Below the pieces are notes generated by a model. That model was not told the origin of the DNA and made no database searches. It saw only the letters and a list, made by a program, of their open reading frames with translations. From IMG/VR virus record IMGVR_UViG_3300020411_000003: a DNA stretch of 64,000 nucleotides, one strand, 5' to 3'. Every line of letters starts with the position of its first letter. The stretch's first letter is position 1. Shown here piece after piece: positions 9,678 to 17,278 of this stretch. The DNA comes from a virus. The translations under genes were made by a program, and so were the position numbers.

Positions 9678-9749
9678 AGCCAACAGTCGGATTTGAACCA
9701 ACGACCTTCGCTTTACAAAAGCGTTGCTCTACCACTGAGCTATGCTGGC
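9678..9749 (-). tRNA. tRNA-Thr(UGU)
   Basis: GCCAGCA/TGTTGGC acceptor, ACGCT TT-TGT-AA AGCGA, canonical D and T arms. Confidence 0.95.
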
Positions 9750-10171
9750 AGTTTATCGAATTTAAAGTGACCCCATTGAGAACCCCAAGTGTCACCTAAG
9801 TCTAGCACATGATAGATCTCATCGGTGAGGATTGCATCAATACTGTAATGTACGTTATCATCTGATTTACCATGCCAATGATCGTCTTGCCACTCGAATA
9901 TTGTATCACGTCCTTCCAGATATGTCCAACCTGAAGAGTCAAAATTTTGTACGAGAAATTTTTCCCCAATCGGGGTAACACGCATCCGAAATTCCCTGTA
10001 TGGTTTAGGGTTGTGGTGGTATGCTTGAAACCCTTTGATCCAACCATCACCAACTTCCTCATGACATATGAGGATCCTAGCAAACCTACTCGGATATTGC
10101 AAGGCTTGTTTATGATTGTCAAATTTTCCAATTAAACATTCACGAAAAGGTTTCATCAGGTAAACTTCCAA
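9740..10171 (-). CDS. cpeT: CpeT/CpcT-family (T-type) phycobilin lyase, copy 2
   Basis: GKFDNHKQA..YPSRFARI...QAY..NPKPYRE...DxGxxWGS motif pattern. Confidence 0.75.
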   Translation of the reverse strand: MEVYLMKPFRECLIGKFDNHKQALQYPSRFARILICHEEVGDGWIKGFQAYHHNPKPYREFRMRVTPIGEKFLVQNFDSSGWTYLEGRDTIFEWQDDHWHGKSDDNVHYSIDAILTDEIYHVLDLGDTWGSQWGHFKFDKLPA

Positions 10172-10451
10172 CTAAAGGTACTTCAAATAGGAGAGGGTGC
10201 ATCTCTTCCTCCATCAAATAACTAGAGACCTTTTCAACTTGTTCTAGTGTAAATTCTGGGTTGACTGCTGCTTCACCTCGAACCCATACATCTTCTAACT
10301 CTTCTTTATCCAAAGAGTCAAATGTAAAGGGCATTTTGTTGATAAACCACATTCTCACAATGGATGAGTGGTTATCATCAAAGTAACAATACACGTATTT
10401 CGACGACAATTTGTATCCTTTGAACGCCATGATAAAACAATCTTCATACAA
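10140..10451 (-). CDS. Conserved cyanophage hypothetical protein
   Basis: Acidic 103-aa ORF tightly packed between the two cpeT genes. Confidence 0.65.
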   Translation of the reverse strand: MYEDCFIMAFKGYKLSSKYVYCYFDDNHSSIVRMWFINKMPFTFDSLDKEELEDVWVRGEAAVNPEFTLEQVEKVSSYLMEEEMHPLLFEVPLVGSLPDETFS

Positions 10452-10455
10452 CTAT

Positions 10456-10908
10456 TTATCCAACTTTATCAAATTTGTAGACTACATCACTGCCCCAGAC
10501 TACTTTGTCATCTTTCCATCCTTGATCTCTGCTCTTATAGTATACACCATTAAACTTGACTAATGACACCACTTTACCACCGTTAACAATGCATTTATCT
10601 GTCTTAACCTGTCCAGAGTAGTAGTCCTCAATCTTATTGAATATCATATCACAACACTCGTTATGATCTGACCAATCAGGCAACCAGTTTTCAACTAGAA
10701 TAGTACCTTCTTGCTGAAATACCTTATGCCACTTATGTCTGTATGCTTTCTCCTCACCGAGATATTCATACCACTGCTTAGATTCAAATTCATGATCACC
10801 GATACGTTCCCAACGCAATTTGACGTGAGACCACACAGCAGGATTTCTGCATGCCTGATTCCAGTTATCATAGAATCCTTCTAATTTATCGCAAAATTCT
10901 TCTAACAT
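10456..10908 (-). CDS. cpeT: CpeT/CpcT-family phycobilin lyase, copy 1
   Basis: GFYDNWNQACRNPAVWSHV...QWYEY...AYR...C...DQG...VWGS. Start refined to 10908. Confidence 0.8.
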   Translation of the reverse strand: MLEEFCDKLEGFYDNWNQACRNPAVWSHVKLRWERIGDHEFESKQWYEYLGEEKAYRHKWHKVFQQEGTILVENWLPDWSDHNECCDMIFNKIEDYYSGQVKTDKCIVNGGKVVSLVKFNGVYYKSRDQGWKDDKVVWGSDVVYKFDKVG

Positions 10909-10933
10909 AAAAAAAGGAGGGGTTTCCCCCTCC
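10909..10933 (-). terminator. Rho-independent terminator
   Basis: GGAGGGGG-AAA-CCCCTCC followed by T7, downstream of the OMP-like gene. Confidence 0.8.
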
Positions 10934-10961
10934 ATTATAGCATATTCTATTGACTAGTCAA

Positions 10962-11357
10962 TTAGAATGTGAACTTAGCACCTAACTTAGCACCCCAATC
11001 AATGATTGTGTCGCCATCGCTATCTTCGCCATTAGAAGCACCAGAAACCTCACCGTAGAGAGCAAGATCTTCGTTTACAGGAACAGAAGCACCTACCTTA
11101 CCAGATAGTTCTGTCTCTGTGTCATCTGTTGATTCAGTATGGTTCAATGAAGGACCACCTTGTACGTAGTATGCAATGTTACCGTTAGCACCTGTTACGC
11201 CCTCATAACCGATATGGATATCAGTAGCAGCAGATGAATAATCTCCATCAGGATAAGAAAGGTTACTTTCTACGTTCACGTATGGACCAGCAAAAGCTGC
11301 ACCAGCGAGAAGGAATGGAGATGCTGCAACAGCAGCGATTGTTGATTTAATAGACAT
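10962..11357 (-). CDS. Outer-membrane beta-barrel-like protein
   Basis: Signal peptide (AGAAFA), alternating beta-strand pattern, and C-terminal GAKFTF ending in Phe (BAM-type signal). Confidence 0.7.
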   Translation of the reverse strand: MSIKSTIAAVAASPFLLAGAAFAGPYVNVESNLSYPDGDYSSAATDIHIGYEGVTGANGNIAYYVQGGPSLNHTESTDDTETELSGKVGASVPVNEDLALYGEVSGASNGEDSDGDTIIDWGAKLGAKFTF

Positions 11358-11548
11358 GTTTGTATTTTAAGTGTCTCGTAGAGTTTAACCTACGGATGGA
11401 AGGAAGACCGACAATCTTCCGTTTTGTACGGGACACCTACCTAGCGAGAGTAATTGAGTCATTCGGGAGGTTGATCAAATACTTATATAAGGAAAACTAA
11501 TACCTTCTATAAGTATAATTAACTAGTAGTAATGCATTTACTTCAAGT

Positions 11549-11556
11549 TATTTATA
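11549..11556 (-). promoter_or_regulatory. Late promoter TATAAATA
   Basis: Exact consensus upstream of the OMP-like gene leader. Confidence 0.65.
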
Positions 11557-11616
11557 AGGATAACATTTTCTTCGGGATCGGTCAACCGTCCTTGTGACAG
11601 TTGTGCAACTGGCACA

Positions 11617-12744
11617 CTAATTTAGGAATATTTTGAGACCAGCATCTATATCGACGTTACCTGCCTCTGCCTCTATCTTGATGTCTTTTGTCTCAGTTGT
11701 CAACGAAATGCCAGTTTTTGCTGACACATCAACGTTAGCACTAGAATTAATTTCTGTAACACCAGTATCAATCTTAACTTTTCCTAGTGCTGGACTTGTA
11801 GATTTAAGATTCAGTCCTAGTAATGAGTTCATATTGATTGTTCCTGGTTTGATACCATCAAAACTAGGACATGCAAGAGCACCAGTAGCCATGATATGCA
11901 TACTACCAAGATTAGTTCCAAGTTTAAAATCTCCTGACTTTGTATTGATAGCAATACCAGTCTTCTTGTCAATAATGAAAGGACTTGTTGAAATACCAGC
12001 AACATCTAATCTATAAGCACCCATAACCTGATGCTTAACATCACCCATATACTTGATACTCTGGTGACCTGGTGAGATTAATGCTTTAGTTCCTCTAGGA
12101 TCATAGTTGACTTCTGTATTCTCAGATGCTACAGTCATCTTCTGTCCTATAATATATTCTTCTTTATTAGAAGCAACCTGTGTTATAGTACCTGCTTGCA
12201 TTGTAATAGGACCGCCACCATTGGGTCCTGCTTGCAGTATAATACCATTATGACCAATAAGAGTTAATAAATCTGTTGCCTCAATAACAACATTAAGAGC
12301 ACTGATTCTCTTATCACCTTCAACCTCTTCTTTGTCATCACCATATAATACTGTTGATCTTGCTAGTCCATCAGTACTATTTTCTTCACCTGTCTCAACA
12401 GCATTAGTTTTATTTGCTATCGCTTCCTGAATAATAGGACCGCCATGCTTCTCTAACTTACCACCAGTGGTGTTTATCATAAACCTACCACCACAGGGGT
12501 TGTCTTTACCACCTGGACCAGAAACATAGATAAAATCACCAGACTGTGTGATAGTAAACCCGTGACCTGTTAGTTTGTTACGGGCATCTAAATCACCACC
12601 ATCAGTTCTCAGAACATATTCTTTGTTCTGAAATATAACTGTGACTTGTCGAGTAATCTGGACATCTTCCTTCTCATCAGCCCTAGATGCTTCGATCTGT
12701 TTTTTTCTCAGTTGTTCGTTTCTGTTTATTTCTGATAAAGCCAT
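11617..12744 (-). CDS. Putative gp5 C-terminal/spike-like beta-rich baseplate protein
   Basis: Coupled to gp5 by a TAATG overlap at 12742-12746; Gly/Thr/Ile-rich short beta repeats at the C-terminus. Confidence 0.5.
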   Translation of the reverse strand: MALSEINRNEQLRKKQIEASRADEKEDVQITRQVTVIFQNKEYVLRTDGGDLDARNKLTGHGFTITQSGDFIYVSGPGGKDNPCGGRFMINTTGGKLEKHGGPIIQEAIANKTNAVETGEENSTDGLARSTVLYGDDKEEVEGDKRISALNVVIEATDLLTLIGHNGIILQAGPNGGGPITMQAGTITQVASNKEEYIIGQKMTVASENTEVNYDPRGTKALISPGHQSIKYMGDVKHQVMGAYRLDVAGISTSPFIIDKKTGIAINTKSGDFKLGTNLGSMHIMATGALACPSFDGIKPGTINMNSLLGLNLKSTSPALGKVKIDTGVTEINSSANVDVSAKTGISLTTETKDIKIEAEAGNVDIDAGLKIFLN

Positions 12745-15593
12745 TAGGGACAATCAATATAAGAACCAGTACCAATCTTAGCAGATCCAACCTTAACAAG
12801 AGCCTCAGCACTAAGACAACTAAAGGATGGGATCCATCTTGCTCCATATCCACCACCACCTATAATTTGGACTCGTGGATACTCAGTGAATGTTTTCTGT
12901 CTATCTTTAATTCTAACACTAACCACAAATCCATTCTCCACGATAGCTTCTGCTGCGTATGGATCACCATCAACATATACTTTAGGAGCAGATTTATAAC
13001 CTGTACCAGGAGATAACATAGTAAAACTATCAATGATACAACGTTTCTGTTCTGTTTGTGGTATGTTAAGTTTATATCCAAATCCAGGATTTGTTACTCT
13101 AACTTCAGTAACCTGATTGTTATTATCAAGTAAAGCAATTCCAACAGCACCATAACCCTGACCTGTAATAAGAACAGCAGGTGGTTCTGTATAAGGAGTA
13201 CCAGGTGTTTCGATAGGAACTTCTATGATACCTCCTTTAGAATCTGTAATTGGTTTACCTGCAACTGGTCTCGTAGAAGGTGTATAAACATTATCCTTAT
13301 TAATGAGTTGTGATTCATCTAACTCATCTAATAAGTCCTCTCTACCAAAATTCTGTAATTGTGATTCAATATACACAGAGCAACTAGCATTAGTACCAAG
13401 TATACCAAGTATCAATGTTTCTCTATCCTCTAATGAAGCATCATCCTCAATACCAACAACAATTAATGCTTTGTTATCCTCAATGACAAATTGACCTAAT
13501 AGGTTACCACCAACAATATCAGCATTTGTTATACCTTCACCAAATAATTGGTACTGGAATAGAGTACCATTTCTAACATTAGTTGTCTCTACATTATATG
13601 TTATAAACTCACCCTCCTTAACAGATGCCCTGTCTGGTGTAACTTTATAAGTTGGAAATGTTGTTACAGGTACTTCAGTATCACTATCATTATCATTTGC
13701 TAGTGTATCAAAGACCTCTCCAAACTCAAAATTATTAGGATTATTTGGATTTACAAATGGTGGAGTTACTTGATCTGTCTCTATATCTTCACCATCTGGA
13801 CTAGATCCTAGAGGAGATTTATTAATAACAACTCTAGCAATACTATCAGTAAATGTTCTTGCTACTGTGCCAGGAGTTCCTGGTCTTGCTACCACAAAGA
13901 AATCTTCTTGGTTTTCTATTTCATCTGAATATATTGTTTGTACTTCAATAGTCTTTTCTGTTTCTCCTGGTGAGAATCCTAACGTACCATTTGTCTCTAG
14001 AAAATCATCAACAAAATCTGCTGTACCTGCAATAGTTCTATAGAATATACTAGAAGCAATATCAGTCTTACCTTTTCTAGTAACTCTAATCTTAGCTTTT
14101 TCTCCTTCTACTACTTCATCATCAAATACTTGATATATTATTCTATCTTCAAGTCCATCAGTAGATGGTTTACCACCCACGAATGTAACTTCAGTATTCT
14201 CTAAGGTAACACCTTCGTATGCTTCTTCACATGTATAGGTTGCCCAATCTTCACCAGCACCGTCCCATGGATCTTGTAAACTTTCTAATAATTTATCTAA
14301 GAAATCTTCTCTCTTGTCTGTTTTACATTTAGTAGATACAGATGTAACTTTATTACAACTGTTGTCAGGTCCATTACATTGAATACCTAAGAGATTCAAT
14401 ACATAATTGATTGCTTCTCCGATCATATTCAACGGACCTGCTATAGCACCAAGTATAGATTGTAGAGGACCAAGAATACTGGATAGTAAATCCTCCATTA
14501 AAGATTGAATCTTATTAAGAATTCCACTAACCATCTTGTCTACTTGACATGCAGCAGCTTTGTAAATGTCAAAGAGATAACCAAATATTAAATCTTCAAG
14601 AAACTTTTCTAAACGTAATCCCAGATCTGCCATAGAACATCCAAGATCTGCTAACATATTATTAAACCACTTAGTCACTGGTGTGAGAGCATTACCATTC
14701 TCATCAGGACGTAGAATTGCTTTAACAATATCATCAACAGCTCGTTTGATCTTTTCTAATACAAATCCTTTGACTTTAGCAACAAATTTTCTGACGATAT
14801 AGATCGCTTTATTAACATATTTTCTACCAATATCAACATAGTCATAGATCTGACCTGTCCATTGGTTGACAACATATGTTCCTAACTGACCATTACTTTG
14901 TTGTGCATCACGTAACATCTCACTCAAGAGACGTTTGAATGTAGAATTCATGTCAGATTCTTTACCGCATGAATCAGCAACTTCAACTGTCCAGTTAATA
15001 CCTGCTCTATTAGATTCGGATGCATCTGCAAACTTTGCTATAGTCAGGTTATTGATACCATTAGTAATTCCATCAGAGGGATTACCATCCAAAGCATGTC
15101 CTGCCTCAACAGGATCAAACTCAACTGGTTTATTTGGATCTTGATCTACTTGTTTGACATCTTCAGAAATGAAAGTTGTAAAGTTCTTACAACCTTCTCC
15201 AGGATTAGGATCTTCTCCTGGTGGTGTTCCAGAATTAGCGACCTGTCCAATAGATCCCATGATAACAGGTTGCTGTTGTTCTTTATCTAAAAAGAACCCG
15301 ATAACCCAATCACCTGGTTCCAACTGTGGCGTTGCAGAACGCACAGCACCAGATGAATATGGAGTAGTCACAGGCATCATAGTGATTGCCCATGGAAGAT
15401 CCTCACTCTTTACAGCACTGCAAGATCTAGGATGATGTCCTATGATCCTGACTTTATATCTCCCAGAACGTTTCTGATCTTTATTTTCTTCACCATCCTG
15501 AGAATGTGTAGGCGACTCAACCTGTCCGATCCACCAGGCGAACCCGTCGGATCCAATTTGGTGGATTGGATATAATTGATTAAGTCCTTCCAT
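12744..15593 (-). CDS. gp5: Baseplate hub gp5-like protein (OB-fold plus Calx-beta-like domains)
   Basis: DGFAWWIGQVE..GRYKVRIIGHH..DLPWA gp5 N-terminal motif; Calx-beta-like GTLGFSPGETEKTIEV; C-terminal GxGYGA repeats. Confidence 0.85.
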   Translation of the reverse strand: MEGLNQLYPIHQIGSDGFAWWIGQVESPTHSQDGEENKDQKRSGRYKVRIIGHHPRSCSAVKSEDLPWAITMMPVTTPYSSGAVRSATPQLEPGDWVIGFFLDKEQQQPVIMGSIGQVANSGTPPGEDPNPGEGCKNFTTFISEDVKQVDQDPNKPVEFDPVEAGHALDGNPSDGITNGINNLTIAKFADASESNRAGINWTVEVADSCGKESDMNSTFKRLLSEMLRDAQQSNGQLGTYVVNQWTGQIYDYVDIGRKYVNKAIYIVRKFVAKVKGFVLEKIKRAVDDIVKAILRPDENGNALTPVTKWFNNMLADLGCSMADLGLRLEKFLEDLIFGYLFDIYKAAACQVDKMVSGILNKIQSLMEDLLSSILGPLQSILGAIAGPLNMIGEAINYVLNLLGIQCNGPDNSCNKVTSVSTKCKTDKREDFLDKLLESLQDPWDGAGEDWATYTCEEAYEGVTLENTEVTFVGGKPSTDGLEDRIIYQVFDDEVVEGEKAKIRVTRKGKTDIASSIFYRTIAGTADFVDDFLETNGTLGFSPGETEKTIEVQTIYSDEIENQEDFFVVARPGTPGTVARTFTDSIARVVINKSPLGSSPDGEDIETDQVTPPFVNPNNPNNFEFGEVFDTLANDNDSDTEVPVTTFPTYKVTPDRASVKEGEFITYNVETTNVRNGTLFQYQLFGEGITNADIVGGNLLGQFVIEDNKALIVVGIEDDASLEDRETLILGILGTNASCSVYIESQLQNFGREDLLDELDESQLINKDNVYTPSTRPVAGKPITDSKGGIIEVPIETPGTPYTEPPAVLITGQGYGAVGIALLDNNNQVTEVRVTNPGFGYKLNIPQTEQKRCIIDSFTMLSPGTGYKSAPKVYVDGDPYAAEAIVENGFVVSVRIKDRQKTFTEYPRVQIIGGGGYGARWIPSFSCLSAEALVKVGSAKIGTGSYIDCP

Positions 15594-15595
15594 AA

Positions 15596-15823
15596 TTAGT
15601 CGTCATAAATCAAGCACTCAGGCTCGTCTGGATGGGTCTCACAGAAGAGTTCGATACAGTTGGGATCATGGTGATCTCCTGCTTCAATCTCCTTCTTGTG
15701 GTGGTCTGCGTATACCTCTAGATCGTGTAACTCCTCCTTATAGTGCCTACGAGCAGCAGGACTAGTGGTAGGATCTTCCAAGATCTCTTGGTCTTTCTTA
15801 ATGTGTTCTTCTATAGTATTCAT
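15596..15823 (-). CDS. cp12: CP12 Calvin-cycle inhibitor
   Basis: C-terminal ELFCETHPDEPECLIYDD CP12 motif. Confidence 0.9.
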   Translation of the reverse strand: MNTIEEHIKKDQEILEDPTTSPAARRHYKEELHDLEVYADHHKKEIEAGDHHDPNCIELFCETHPDEPECLIYDD

Positions 15824-15832
15824 ATCTTTAAG

Positions 15833-17278
15833 TTATGCGTCTGATTTTGTGTCTTCGTAACCCCAAGAGTCACGAATCAATTCCAATACAGTATAGACAC
15901 TCATGGAAGGTCTGTCAAATTGATGATTGAGTTTCCTGATCAAGTAGATACCACTGTGTTCTGGATCAACCGATCCTAGGTCTTCCTTGCTTTCTAAAGG
16001 AACTTGGTTGGGTATCTGTACTTCAATCTTCTGACCCACTCTCAAATCTAGGTTCCCTGTCACAGATATAGCTAATTGCTGATTGAACAATGTACCCACA
16101 CGTGAGATAGATTGTACCAAATACTGCTTTTGAGAATCATAGAATTCAGATGGTTCGTCACTTTCATCAGAAGCATCGTTCGATGCTACTTCAGTACCAT
16201 TGTACCAATTTTCATGATTAATCACAGAAGATAAGCGTCTAGTTGGATACTGAGATAATTGTTCTTGCCCCTTTGGTAGTTTAGTTTGTGGTCCCAAATG
16301 AGCCATCTCATCCCAGCTTTCACTTAATTTATATGTGTACTCCGTGTAAACACCAGTATTTATGTCAAAAAACGCACACTCAGTAGAATACGCACCCTCT
16401 CTGAGTTTCTTCATCATGTCAATCTCAGATCTAAAGACAACTTCTTGAATTTTTCTGTGATCTTTAAATTCTGTCTGATCTACATTTGCTGGTTCATAAG
16501 AATACACAGCAACTTTACCAGAACCACCAAATTTACTTGGATCTGGTGATACAACAGAATCTACACTCTTGAAATTAAATCCATCACGATCTTCCCAGAA
16601 GAAATATCCAGCAGTACCTTTAAGTTTTTTAGAATCCTTGACATTATCTGATTTTGTATCTACATTAGTGTCACCACTATTACTGATAATATCAGATGAT
16701 GTTCCACCTCCACCTGCTGTGAATGTTTCTTTGGATATTGCTTTAGCTTGTAAGTCTCTAATTACTGCAAACGGTGATTTACCAGCAGGAATTATCTTGA
16801 ATGTATTAAGAGACTCTTCAACTTTTATCTTAGCAGAAGGTACATTAAGATAATCTATAAGAAGACTATTGACAATTCCACTAGCAGTATTTGTGAGAAC
16901 CTTATTTACTTTAACACCTTCATTAGTTAATCCTTGATCACCAATCAATCCTAAAGTATATGCTTGACCCTTCTCAGTACTAACTCTGTTACCAATCTTC
17001 CATACACGAAAATCAAATTGATGATCATCACCTTTATTATCTGAAACAGCAATAACAACCTTCTCGAAACCTGTGATAGGCATATCAGCAGGTAGATTAA
17101 GTGCTTTGTCAAGAATTACCAGAGTACCAGATATCGATGGTGATAATAAATCCTCAACATACTGGAAACTAGAAAACGCATCAGTAAGATATGCGTATGG
17201 TTCACCCATCTCTTGACCTACTTTCCAAATAGCGACAAATTTTATATTATATTGTTCTGCTCTAACTATTTCTGACAT
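15833..17278 (-). CDS. Putative baseplate hub protein (gp27-like)
   Basis: Lies between the tape-measure-like genes and gp5; has YFFWEDRDGFNFKS and GNLDLRVGQKIEV..SGIYLI hub-type motifs. Confidence 0.6.
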   Translation of the reverse strand: MSEIVRAEQYNIKFVAIWKVGQEMGEPYAYLTDAFSSFQYVEDLLSPSISGTLVILDKALNLPADMPITGFEKVVIAVSDNKGDDHQFDFRVWKIGNRVSTEKGQAYTLGLIGDQGLTNEGVKVNKVLTNTASGIVNSLLIDYLNVPSAKIKVEESLNTFKIIPAGKSPFAVIRDLQAKAISKETFTAGGGGTSSDIISNSGDTNVDTKSDNVKDSKKLKGTAGYFFWEDRDGFNFKSVDSVVSPDPSKFGGSGKVAVYSYEPANVDQTEFKDHRKIQEVVFRSEIDMMKKLREGAYSTECAFFDINTGVYTEYTYKLSESWDEMAHLGPQTKLPKGQEQLSQYPTRRLSSVINHENWYNGTEVASNDASDESDEPSEFYDSQKQYLVQSISRVGTLFNQQLAISVTGNLDLRVGQKIEVQIPNQVPLESKEDLGSVDPEHSGIYLIRKLNHQFDRPSMSVYTVLELIRDSWGYEDTKSDA

